This document shows positions 49,919 to 58,816 of a DNA stretch of 64,000 bases, piece after piece. The notes under the pieces were generated by a model. It had not been told where the DNA came from. It made no database searches and was given only the letters and a program-made list of their open reading frames with translations. The DNA lies in assembly GCA_046483125.1 (NCBI GenBank), contig JAWODU010000085.1, forward strand, positions 1,430 to 65,429, written 5' to 3'. Source of the stretch: Kiritimatiellia bacterium. GTDB taxonomy: Bacteria > Verrucomicrobiota > Kiritimatiellia > UBA8416 > JAWODU01. Every line of letters begins with the position of its first letter. Position 1 is the first letter of the stretch. Made by a program: the position numbers and the translations under genes.

Positions 49919-49942
49919 GTCGAATGTCCGCGTGAGCGGGGC

Positions 49943-51127
49943 TCACGTCCGGGTGTCGAGAACGCTGTCCACATCCTTGTCTCCTCTACCGGAAAGATTA
50001 ATGACAACGACGTCTTCCGCGGACATGTTTCCCGCCCTCTTTTTCGCTTCGGCAACGGCGTGTGCCGGCTCCAGCGCAGGCAGAATTCCCTCCAGCCTCG
50101 ATAAATCGTGGAATCCTTCCAGGGCCTCACTGTCCGTGACACTGCAGTATTCCACCCGGCCTTCGTCCGCCCAGAGAGAATGCTCAGGTCCTACGCCGGG
50201 ATAATCGAGGCCGGCGCTGACGGAATGAGCGTTCAGTATCTGGCCGTTTTCGTCCTGCAACACGTAACTCTTGCTGCCGTGAAGTATCCCTATCCTGCCG
50301 GCTCCGATACTCGCTGCATGCTTGCCCGTGGCAATCCCGAGTCCTCCCGCCTCAACACCGACAAGCCTTACGCTTTCATCTTCAATAAAGGGTATGAATA
50401 TTCCCGCGGCGTTACTGCCCCCTCCCACGCAGGCAATAATCATGTCCGGGAATCTCTTTTCTTTTTTCAAAATCTGTTCACGTGTTTCGCGCCCGATCAC
50501 GGTCTGAAAATCGCGCACCATAAGCGGATAAGGATGCGGGCCCGCGACTGAACCGATAACGTAAAATGTGGTTCTGATCTCCGCTACCCAGGCTCGCAGA
50601 GCTTCGCTCATCGCGTCTTTCAGTGTCCGGGTCCCGGTACTTACGGGAACTATCTCGGCGTTCAGCAGTTCCATGCGTTTTACGTTCGGAGCCTGTCTGC
50701 GTATATCTTCTTCTCCCATGTAAACCACGCATTCCATGCCGAAAAGCGCCGCGGCCGTGGCCGCAGCCACCCCGTGCTGGCCGGCCCCCGTCTCCGCCAT
50801 CAGCCTTTTTTTGCCCATTCGCCGCGCCAGCAAAGCCTGTCCGATAGTATTGTTAATTTTGTGCGCGCCGGTATGATCCAGGTCCTCGCGTTTGAGATAT
50901 ATCCGCGGGCCGCCGTATTCCCCGGTCAGCTTTTCCGCGAAATACAGAGGGGACGGACGTCCCACGTAGTCCTCGAGCAACCGCCGCAGTTCAGCTTGAA
51001 AAGCCTTGTCGGAACGGGCCTCTTCATACGCTTTCTCTATTTCCGTCAAAGCCGGCATCAGGGTTTCGGCCACGTATCTGCCGCCGTACACCCCGAAGTG
51101 CCCCTTTTTATCGGGCCCCTGTTTCAT
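49943..51127 (-). CDS. trpB: Tryptophan synthase beta chain
   Basis: [51 protein letters not shown]. Confidence 0.98.
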   Translation of the reverse strand: MKQGPDKKGHFGVYGGRYVAETLMPALTEIEKAYEEARSDKAFQAELRRLLEDYVGRPSPLYFAEKLTGEYGGPRIYLKREDLDHTGAHKINNTIGQALLARRMGKKRLMAETGAGQHGVAAATAAALFGMECVVYMGEEDIRRQAPNVKRMELLNAEIVPVSTGTRTLKDAMSEALRAWVAEIRTTFYVIGSVAGPHPYPLMVRDFQTVIGRETREQILKKEKRFPDMIIACVGGGSNAAGIFIPFIEDESVRLVGVEAGGLGIATGKHAASIGAGRIGILHGSKSYVLQDENGQILNAHSVSAGLDYPGVGPEHSLWADEGRVEYCSVTDSEALEGFHDLSRLEGILPALEPAHAVAEAKKRAGNMSAEDVVVINLSGRGDKDVDSVLDTRT

Positions 51128-51761
51128 GAGTGTCTGAATCCTTTCTTTCACATGCCTGCGCGTTCCGAATGAACGACCGAACCATATTAAGATCTTTTTT
51201 GCCCGGCCTGGCCTCAACACCGCTGGCCACGTCCACCGCCTGGGGGCGCACCTTCCTGACGGCTTCCGCTACGTTGTCCGGATTCAGACCTCCGGCAAGA
51301 ACAACGGGAAATTCAGCCGCCAGTTCGGATGCCTTCCGCCAGTCAGCCGTTACTCCGGTCCCGCCGTAAATGCCGGGGACTACAGCGTCCGCCACGTATC
51401 TCGCCGCCGGCCATTCACGGGGCCGTGGATGCCAGTCATTTCCCCGAAGTCTGAGCGCGCGCCACAGCGGCACTTCCATGGCTTCGAAATCTTTCCTGGT
51501 TTCATCCCCGTGCAATTGAACGGCGTACAGCCCGCAGTCCCGGGCCACGCTTTCAATGAAGTCCCTTTTTTCATTCACAAAGACACCGATCGTTTGCGTG
51601 TCGGCGGGCAGTTCGGCCGCGATCTCTCCGAGCTTTCGTGCCGATATACTCCTGGGCGATTTCCCATACAGGACAAACCCGAGGTAATCCGCACCGTATT
51701 CCAACGCGGCCCTGGAATCTTCCAGATTCGTAAGGCCGCAAATTTTGACCTCAGTGCTCAT
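51108..51761 (-). CDS. trpF: Phosphoribosylanthranilate isomerase
   Basis: [36 protein letters not shown]. Confidence 0.96.
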   Translation of the reverse strand: MSTEVKICGLTNLEDSRAALEYGADYLGFVLYGKSPRSISARKLGEIAAELPADTQTIGVFVNEKRDFIESVARDCGLYAVQLHGDETRKDFEAMEVPLWRALRLRGNDWHPRPREWPAARYVADAVVPGIYGGTGVTADWRKASELAAEFPVVLAGGLNPDNVAEAVRKVRPQAVDVASGVEARPGKKDLNMVRSFIRNAQACERKDSDTHETGAR

Positions 51762-53013
51762 CGCCTCGGCCGTTGTCATGCCCGGGCGGATTCCCGGGCC
51801 CGGTATCCCGTCCGATATTCAGACGCTCTCCCGCCTTATCGACGATTTCCGCCATTGTTACAGGTTTCTTGAGCCATGTGTGAATCCTGCCGTCCCCGAC
51901 GATTTCCTTCAGACCGTCGGTAACATCAAAAGCCGTGCAGAATATGAACCGCGGACACTCGCGGCCTTCGCTTTCACACATCTCGCGGATCTTGTAGAAG
52001 GCCTCCTCGCCATCCAGCTCCGGCAACAGTATATCCATCAATATAACGCCGTAGTGGTTATCCTTGAATCTGTACAAGGCCTCCAGTCCGTCTCCGGCTT
52101 CGTCGACGCTTACGTCAGGAAACGCAGATTTCAGGGCCTCAACAAAAATCTGCCGGATTTTTTCTTCGTCGTCGACCACCAGCATTCTGGAAGAATCACA
52201 GCCCCTCAGCGGTTCGGATGAAACCGGACTGCTTTCAGCGGTTTTATGTTCAATTTTCTCTTCATCGGTCTGTTCTCTCTTGATCCGGTTTAGAATTGAA
52301 TTGATGCGCTCAACCTGCTCGAGATAATCGCTTCTCTTATCCAGTTCGGCCAGGCACGTCAATATCTGCAGTGGATCGTTGAGTTCCTGCGTGACCGCGG
52401 ACACGGTCTCCAATGCCGTCTGGGCTTTTTCCGCTTCCAGAAGTTTTTCCTGCGCGGCCGCCAGATCCTGTTCCGCCTGTTTTCTGCCTGTAGCGTCTCT
52501 TATAAAGAAACAGAACAGGCGGTTTTCTTTCCGCATCATCTGGTTTACAACTATTTCAGCGTAAAAACGTGAATTATCCGACCGAAGACATACCGCTTCC
52601 AGAACCGTATATTTATTCTGCCCCACATTCTCGCCCAACACGTCCAGGACTCTCTTGTCCGCGCCCGAAACCAGATCAAGAATGTTCCTATCGCAAAGTT
52701 CGGCCCTTTCGAGGCCGAATTTGTGTTCCGCGCGGGCGTTTACCTCCAGAATCGAACCGTCGAGAGATGTAATGAACACGGCGTCATATATTGTGTGAAA
52801 AAGCTGGTCGTATTTCGTTTCCTCGGAATCGTCCGCCCTGCTCTGCCGGACGGCCGGATGCTGTATCACCTGCTGAGTGATATTCATCCTGTCGGTACCG
52901 AACTCGGCGCTTTCCTCCTCGCCGTAGACACGGACCGGCTCTTTCCTGGTAGTCGGTTTGTAAGAAGATGCCTTCTCGGATCGCCTGATTATTCTTTTGG
53001 GCTTTTTCCCCAT
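51751..53013 (-). CDS. PAS domain + degenerate HisKA-like helix + receiver domain protein
   Basis: PAS (DAVFITSLDGSILEVN), TQELNDPL, REC (VVDDE...MDILLPELDG...CTA...KKP). No HATPase domain. Confidence 0.85.
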   Translation of the reverse strand: MGKKPKRIIRRSEKASSYKPTTRKEPVRVYGEEESAEFGTDRMNITQQVIQHPAVRQSRADDSEETKYDQLFHTIYDAVFITSLDGSILEVNARAEHKFGLERAELCDRNILDLVSGADKRVLDVLGENVGQNKYTVLEAVCLRSDNSRFYAEIVVNQMMRKENRLFCFFIRDATGRKQAEQDLAAAQEKLLEAEKAQTALETVSAVTQELNDPLQILTCLAELDKRSDYLEQVERINSILNRIKREQTDEEKIEHKTAESSPVSSEPLRGCDSSRMLVVDDEEKIRQIFVEALKSAFPDVSVDEAGDGLEALYRFKDNHYGVILMDILLPELDGEEAFYKIREMCESEGRECPRFIFCTAFDVTDGLKEIVGDGRIHTWLKKPVTMAEIVDKAGERLNIGRDTGPGNPPGHDNGRGDEH

Positions 53014-53035
53014 GGCTCATTCATCTCTTTATGAG

Positions 53036-53188
53036 TTAACGGCCGGTCAATTCCCGCAATTGTTTCTCCGGATTGTCATTGCGCATCAGGGTCTCTCCAA
53101 TGAGAAAGCCATCATAACCCGCCGCTTCAAGTTTTTCAACATCCATCCTCGTGCCGATACCGCTTTCGGTAATCGACAGGCGGGAAGC
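53036..53188 (-). pseudogene. trpC: 3' remnant of indole-3-glycerol phosphate synthase
   Basis: Translates ASRLSITESGIGTRMDVEKLEAAGYDGFLIGETLMRNDNPEKQLRELTGR*, the TrpC ESGI and L(I/V)GE.LMR motifs, at the canonical trpD-trpC-trpF position. The N-terminal ~200 codons are absent. Confidence 0.88.
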
Positions 53189-53277
53189 GTGGACGTCCCC
53201 TCTCCTCCTCAACCAATTACCATCCGTGTAATCCGTGGTTCTCCCATGCGGTATGCGTCTATCACTCTCTTAATTGA

Positions 53278-54285
53278 TCACGAAGCCGTGGCCTTGATCA
53301 GCTCTTCGAGCTTTCGCTCTGCCGATCCGCTGTCCACCGATTCCTGCGCCAGTTTCCACCCCTCGCTTATATCGTCACACTTCCCTCCCGCAGAGATTGC
53401 CGCGGCGGCATTCAGGCACACAATGTCGCGGGCCGGTCCTTTCTCTCCTGAAAGCACGCCCCGGCTGATGCCGGCGTTAACGGACGCCTCTCCTCCCCGC
53501 AGATCGTCGCTCCCGGAGTAATCGCCGATCAGGTTTACCGGATCGAAGTCGTAGGTCCGTATTCTCCCGTCGCGAAGCTCACTTATTCGCGTGGTCGTTG
53601 TCGTGGTTATCTCATCCATCCCGTCGTGCCCGTGGACGACAAACGCCTTCCTGCTCCCCAGCAGTTTCAACACCTCCGCGAACGGTTCCGTCAAATCGGG
53701 AGAGAAGACTCCTATTATCTGGCTTCTGGCGCCGGCCGGGTTTGTAAGAGGACCAAGCATATTAAATATGGTTCTTATGCCCAGTTCCCGTCTTGGCGTC
53801 ATCGCGTATTTCATTGCCGGATGCAGTCTGGGCGCATAAAGAAAGCCTATTCCTGTTTCCTGTACACATTCTTCCACGGTGGCCTGATCGGCCTCTATAT
53901 TTACTCCCAGTTCAGCCAGCAGGTCCGCTGAACCGCATTTACTGCTGATCGCCCGGTTGCCGTGTTTCGCCACCGGAACGCCCGCGCCCGCAGCCACGAA
54001 AGCCGCCGTGGTGGATACGTTGAAAGTATCGCATTTGTCCCCTCCCGTGCCGCACGTGTCGATTACCGGGGCCCCGGCCGCGTCGATAAAAACCGCGTGA
54101 CGCCGCATTGAGGACGCCGCTCCCGCGATTTCCTCCGCGGTTTCGCCCTTTACGCGCAAAGACGCTATAAAAGCCCCTATCTGCGCGGGCGTGGCTTCTC
54201 CGGACATGATCAGGTCAAACGCCTCGCCCATGGCGCTCTGAGAAAGATCCCGGCCTTCAACAATTTCCGAGAGATACTGTTTCAT
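53278..54285 (-). CDS. trpD: Anthranilate phosphoribosyltransferase
   Basis: DTCGTGGD, FNVST, KHGNRAISSKCGSAD, RTIFNMLGPLTNP, HGHDGMDE. Confidence 0.97.
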   Translation of the reverse strand: MKQYLSEIVEGRDLSQSAMGEAFDLIMSGEATPAQIGAFIASLRVKGETAEEIAGAASSMRRHAVFIDAAGAPVIDTCGTGGDKCDTFNVSTTAAFVAAGAGVPVAKHGNRAISSKCGSADLLAELGVNIEADQATVEECVQETGIGFLYAPRLHPAMKYAMTPRRELGIRTIFNMLGPLTNPAGARSQIIGVFSPDLTEPFAEVLKLLGSRKAFVVHGHDGMDEITTTTTTRISELRDGRIRTYDFDPVNLIGDYSGSDDLRGGEASVNAGISRGVLSGEKGPARDIVCLNAAAAISAGGKCDDISEGWKLAQESVDSGSAERKLEELIKATAS

Positions 54286-54309
54286 GTTTGTTTTCCCCTT
54301 TCCCGGAGA

Positions 54310-54519
54310 TTTTTTTGACAGGATTTACAGGATCCGGGAGACCCCAGCACGCCGGCAATTATGCAAACACAGCCGCATAATTGCCGACCGGCTATCCTGT
54401 TGATCTTGTTGATCCCGTCTAATCCCTTTTTCGATCCAATAAAGAACTCTCGTTTCCCTGGACTCTCCGAATCCGCGCCATCAGTGGACGTCCCCTCCCC
54501 CATCCCGCATCCCGTATTC
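54310..54519. repeat. GACAGGAT-type mini-element plus GTGGACGTCCCCTC motif and heptamers between trpG and trpD
   Basis: ttttgacaggatttacaggatc...ggcaattatgc..gcataattgcc...atcctgttgatcttgttgatcccgtctaa. gtggacgtcccctc at 54484-54497 is identical to 53189-53202. Confidence 0.82.
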
Positions 54520-54523
54520 ATCC

Positions 54524-55111
54524 TCAGGAACCGGAATACTCGCCCACGATCCCCAGGAAATTCCTAATCAGCTTCTTACCGCTCGGGGTAAGCACCGACT
54601 CAGGGTGAAACTGAACGCCGTAAGTAGGATGGCTTTGATGGCGCAAGCCCATTATTTCGCCGTCGTCGTCGCTCTCCGCGTCAATTGTCAATTCCGCCGG
54701 AACACTTGAACGCTCCACGGCCAGGGAGTGGTAACGTCCGGCGGTAAACGGGTTCTTAATTCCTCGATACAGCCGTGATCCGTCGTGCCTGACCGCGGAA
54801 GTTTTGCCGTGCATTATCCTGCCCGCGTTCCCTACCGCTCCCCCGAACGCGGCGCCCACGCACTGGAGTCCGAGACACACGCCCAGTATCGGTGTTGTGC
54901 CGGAAAGCAGACGGATCAAATCGACCGAAATGCCCGCGTCGCCGGGCGTGCCCGGGCCCGGCGATATCACTATCCCCTCGGCCTTCATTCCGGCTATCTC
55001 CTCGGGAGTTACGACGTCGTTGCGGAAGACTCTGACATCGGCGCCCATCCCAGCAAGCGCCTGCACGAGATTGTAACTGAATGAATCGTAGTTATCGATG
55101 AGTATCAGCAT
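54524..55111 (-). CDS. trpG: Anthranilate synthase component II (glutamine amidotransferase)
   Basis: IDNYDSF, ISPGPG, LGVCLGLQ, RYHSL, QFHPES. Confidence 0.95.
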   Translation of the reverse strand: MLILIDNYDSFSYNLVQALAGMGADVRVFRNDVVTPEEIAGMKAEGIVISPGPGTPGDAGISVDLIRLLSGTTPILGVCLGLQCVGAAFGGAVGNAGRIMHGKTSAVRHDGSRLYRGIKNPFTAGRYHSLAVERSSVPAELTIDAESDDDGEIMGLRHQSHPTYGVQFHPESVLTPSGKKLIRNFLGIVGEYSGS

Positions 55112-55114
55112 GGT

Positions 55115-56578
55115 TCACGGTCCGCCGGGTACTTCAAGGCCCCCGACAGCCATCTGCACGGCTTTCTGCATTCCCCGCGCTTTGTGGCACGTTTCGTCGA
55201 ATTCCCTTTCAGGCACGGAGTCGTATACTATACCCGCCCCCGCCTGGACGGAAACAGAACCGGGAGAAATATCCAGAGTCCTGATCGTAATAGCCATGTC
55301 CATATTCCCGTTGTACCCCACGTATCCCATGGCTCCGCCGTAGGCGCCCCTGGTTCCGGGCTCAAGTTCATTAATGATTTCCATGGCCCGGATCTTCGGA
55401 GCGCCGGTCAATGTTCCCGCGGGAAACGTCGCCCCTATAACGTCATAAGCGTCAAGCCTTTTTCTGAGAATACCCTGGACGTGCGACACCAGGTGCATAA
55501 CGTGGCTGTACCTTTCTATCACCATATATTCAGGGACCTGTACACTGCCGGCTTCCGCGACCCTGCCGATATCGTTTCGTCCCAGATCCACCAGCATCAC
55601 GTGTTCGGCTTTCTCCTTGTCATCCTTCAACAGCTCATCCGCCAGTTTTCTGTCTTCCTGCGGGGTCGCGCCCCTGGGCCTGGTTCCGGCTATCGGCCGA
55701 AGCTCCACCTTACTGCCGGTCAGCCGCACCATTATCTCCGGCGAAGAGCCTACCAGCACGTGTTCGCCTGTTTTGAAGAAAAACATGTAAGGCGAGGGAT
55801 TCAGCAGGCGCAGTGCCCGGTAAAGCTGTATCGCAGGCACGTCGGTGCGGGCGCTGAAGCGCTGACTCAGCACGGCCTGGATTATGTCTCCGGCGTATAT
55901 GTATTCCTTTGCCTTGTTTACGATCCGTGCAAAGTCTTCACGGCTCATGTTCGACTCGAAATGAGCCGGCGGATACGACTGAGCCGTTCGTTCCGGAGCA
56001 GGCGACTGAATCGTGCCGACGATTTCCGACACCTTCTCGATTCCGCGCTGATAGGCCTGTTGGGCCGAACCTTCACGGTCCGGCCTGGTACATACCACGA
56101 TTTTCATCGTGTGCCTGACATTGTCGAAAACGATCAGACTGTCTGCGCTCAGAAAACGGCTCACGGGTCCCGGGTCTTCCGGCCCCTTCCGCGGCGCCGG
56201 TACCCGTTCGAACTCCGATATCGCCTCGTAGCCTATAAATCCCACTGCTCCCCCGAAAAACCGCGGCAGGCCTTCAAGCTCGGCCACGCGGACATTATCG
56301 TATATCCGGCGCAGTGCTTCCAGCGTACGGCCGGAAGCCTGCGAGTGATCGGCTTCAAGGAAAAGGTCGGGGTTCACACCGACAAAGGAATACCTGCCCC
56401 ATGTTTCTCCTCCTTCCACGCTTTCCAGGAGAAAACAGTTCGGCATGTCGGCGAATCGCTGAAGAACTGAAACCGGCGTTTCCATGTCGGCGAGCAATTC
56501 CCTGTAGACGGGAATTACGTCGTGGTTCTCCGCGAGACGAAGGTACTCCTCTTTGCCTGGGTATACGTTGTTTGACAT
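55115..56578 (-). CDS. trpE: Anthranilate synthase component I (start 56578 or 56590)
   Basis: LLESVEGGETWGRYS, AGDIIQAVLS, NPSPYM, SSPE, PIAGTRPRG, KEKAEHVMLVDLGRND, ERYSHVMH. Confidence 0.96.
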   Translation of the reverse strand: MSNNVYPGKEEYLRLAENHDVIPVYRELLADMETPVSVLQRFADMPNCFLLESVEGGETWGRYSFVGVNPDLFLEADHSQASGRTLEALRRIYDNVRVAELEGLPRFFGGAVGFIGYEAISEFERVPAPRKGPEDPGPVSRFLSADSLIVFDNVRHTMKIVVCTRPDREGSAQQAYQRGIEKVSEIVGTIQSPAPERTAQSYPPAHFESNMSREDFARIVNKAKEYIYAGDIIQAVLSQRFSARTDVPAIQLYRALRLLNPSPYMFFFKTGEHVLVGSSPEIMVRLTGSKVELRPIAGTRPRGATPQEDRKLADELLKDDKEKAEHVMLVDLGRNDIGRVAEAGSVQVPEYMVIERYSHVMHLVSHVQGILRKRLDAYDVIGATFPAGTLTGAPKIRAMEIINELEPGTRGAYGGAMGYVGYNGNMDMAITIRTLDISPGSVSVQAGAGIVYDSVPEREFDETCHKARGMQKAVQMAVGGLEVPGGP

Positions 56579-56647
56579 ACTGCGCTCCATCGGGCACTGA
56601 CCCTTCAGGCCCGCTGAGCATCCTATATCCCGCTCCCCCCCGAATCA

Positions 56648-56722
56648 AGCGCTTCCGTAAGAAAGGCCGGGGGAATTTTCTGACAGGATCTACGGGATCT
56701 ACGGGATTATAAGAGCGCTTCC
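56648..56722. repeat. Half GACAGGAT element flanked by a 9-bp direct repeat AGCGCTTCC
   Basis: gggaattttctgacaggatctacgggatc (56671-56699) matches the reverse complement of the right end of 9551-9670. agcgcttcc at 56648-56656 and 56714-56722. Confidence 0.6.
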
Positions 56723-56976
56723 ACAACGTCTCTACTGCCCTCTGAGGTCTTACCAAACCGCCACACCTGGATTTCTGCGGTCGCAAGTTGATTGTGGGTC
56801 AACCCCGGCATGAGTGTCCAGTCGACGAGGATCTCGACGAGGATCGAGACGAAGATGAGCCCCCTCGCGATAAACCCCATAAAACTTGGTCTTTCTGAAA
56901 GCCCGTTTCAGGGGTGGCGTTTGCTAAGACGTCAGTACCCTTGACGAAGGGATTCGAACCGTTGAATATAGCCCCC

Positions 56977-57840
56977 ATGCAGACGGGAACCTGGGACACC
57001 CTGATAAACGCGGCATTGCTCGTATTCTGGATTAGAATCTGGGCTGAGGAAAGCGATCTGCTTTTCAATCCTTATCTGGCCGGTCCGGAGCGCATCGCCG
57101 GAAAATTGCTTATGTTTCTCGGGTCCTTTGCCCGGCCTCTGCCGCTCAGGGCCGCCGCGGCCGTCCTCGTATCGGCCGTACTGCTCCTGCGCGGTTTTCT
57201 GGTCCCGGCGCGCGCCGCCTGGAGTGTGCAATGGGGACTGTATCAGTTTTCCTGCACCGGGGGCGGCGTCGCGCTCCGTTCACTGTTCAGTTTCTTTTCC
57301 TTCGCCGTATTCCTGCTGAAACTATGGTCCATTTCGTTGATTTATACCTTCTTCAATCCCGGCGATCATGCTTCCAGTCCCGGCAGTGCCCTCCACGGGG
57401 CCTCCCAGCCGTTCACATGGTTCAGAGCGGAATTCCGTCCTCTGCTTCTTCTTATCTGTTCGGGCGCGGTAATTCTGGGACTGCATCTTGTCGAACGTTC
57501 CGCCGGAGGAACGGGCATACAGACCTCTGCCGGTACTCCTTCGGCTTTCGTCATGCTCGTTGTGATGCTTTCCGCAGCCGGTATAATCAATGTTCTGCCG
57601 GTAATATCCAGCGCTCTTTTTTTATTTGTAATAGGATCGCTTCTATCGACCGTGACCGCTTCCGGCCGCCTGCTTTACGTTTGCCGTGAATGGACGGATT
57701 TCATTCTCGGCCCGCTGAAAAGGTACCCCCTGCGCGTGGGAATGTTCGATCTCACTCCCTTAATCGTCTTTTTCGCCATAGGTTTCATACACCTGGCTCT
57801 CATCAGCATCATATCCGTGCCATTACGCGCTCTGCTGTGA
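56977..57840 (+). CDS. YggT-family membrane protein (extended)
   Basis: Multi-TM. C-terminal EWTDFILGPLKR...GMFDLTPL is YGGT-like. Start could be 56914. Confidence 0.65.
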   Translation: MQTGTWDTLINAALLVFWIRIWAEESDLLFNPYLAGPERIAGKLLMFLGSFARPLPLRAAAAVLVSAVLLLRGFLVPARAAWSVQWGLYQFSCTGGGVALRSLFSFFSFAVFLLKLWSISLIYTFFNPGDHASSPGSALHGASQPFTWFRAEFRPLLLLICSGAVILGLHLVERSAGGTGIQTSAGTPSAFVMLVVMLSAAGIINVLPVISSALFLFVIGSLLSTVTASGRLLYVCREWTDFILGPLKRYPLRVGMFDLTPLIVFFAIGFIHLALISIISVPLRALL

Positions 57841-57845
57841 GAACG

Positions 57846-58658
57846 TTATCGGGCTTTGAAAAGCCTCGCCGCGTTTGCCGCGGTAATTTCGGCTAACTCC
57901 TCAACCGCGCACCCTCTCAATTCGGCTATTGTCTCCGCGATACATTTAAGGTGCGCCGGCTCGTTCCTTTTCCCCCGGTGCGGCTCGGGCGCCAGGCGGG
58001 GAGTATCCGTTTCTATCAGCAGGCGGTCGTCCGGGACCTCGCGGACCGCCCTGTGCAACCCGCCGGCACCGCGAAAGGTTACGATCCCGCTGAAGCTCAC
58101 GTACATCCCCAGTTCCACAATCTGCCCGGCGAAAGAAATACTGCCGGTGAAACAATGAAGCACACCCCCTCTTCCCTCAGACACTAATTCCCGGTCGATA
58201 CACGCGTCTATTATTTCGACAGTGTCATCTTCGGCTTCCCTGCTGTGTATTATCGCAGGCACACGCGCCTGCGCGGCAATTTCAAGCTGGCGCCTGAAAA
58301 GATCCCTCTGTGCAGGCGCGGTTTCCCCGCTGTAATGGTAATCGAGGCCGATTTCGCCAAGAGCGACTGCCCGGTTCGGCCCGCTTTCACTCCCGCTCAA
58401 TAAGCCGGCCAACTCGTCCAGGTCGCTTTCGCGTTCCCCTTTCCCGAACGAAGCCGCCTCGTCCCGGTCGTACCCCACGGCCGCGCGGACCGTCTCCGGA
58501 CACAACCGCGCGGCGTTCAGGGCGGCCGCGTTTTCCGCCGGTGAGCCGCCCACGGCGATAATACCCGACAGACCCGCTTCTTTCGCCCGCTCGACTACGG
58601 AAACAATGTCTTCATCGGAGGCAAAGCTCCCGAAATGCGCATGTGAATCGTAAAACAT
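57846..58658 (-). CDS. TatD family hydrolase
   Basis: DSHAH, GEIGLDY, IHSREA, LHCFTG, LIETDTP, NEPA. Confidence 0.95.
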   Translation of the reverse strand: MFYDSHAHFGSFASDEDIVSVVERAKEAGLSGIIAVGGSPAENAAALNAARLCPETVRAAVGYDRDEAASFGKGERESDLDELAGLLSGSESGPNRAVALGEIGLDYHYSGETAPAQRDLFRRQLEIAAQARVPAIIHSREAEDDTVEIIDACIDRELVSEGRGGVLHCFTGSISFAGQIVELGMYVSFSGIVTFRGAGGLHRAVREVPDDRLLIETDTPRLAPEPHRGKRNEPAHLKCIAETIAELRGCAVEELAEITAANAARLFKAR

Positions 58659-58770
58659 CTACCCTGCGCCCTCTACTGTCCCAATCCGTGCCATCAGTAT
58701 ATGCCTCCTCCCGCACTTGCCCCGTCTTCGTCCCGTCCGCCTAAGACGGACGTAACTATGCCGAGGCAAG

Positions 58771-58798
58771 CACTCGACACTCGACACGCGGCACCTCA
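58771..58798. repeat. Heptamer tandem array (CACTCGA-like)x4
   Basis: cactcga cactcga cacgcgg cacctca. Confidence 0.55.
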
Positions 58799-58816
58799 CT
58801 CCATACTATCATCCCC

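Noticed and set aside
53189-53277. Frameshifted full-length trpC
   Set aside because: Only 89 nt separate the remnant from the trpD stop, and no frame contains TrpC N-terminal motifs. It is a deletion or assembly gap, not a frameshift.
56579-56913. Trp attenuator/leader peptide or T-box upstream of trpE
   Set aside because: No short ORF with tandem Trp codons and no T-box consensus were seen. The region is mostly repeat modules.
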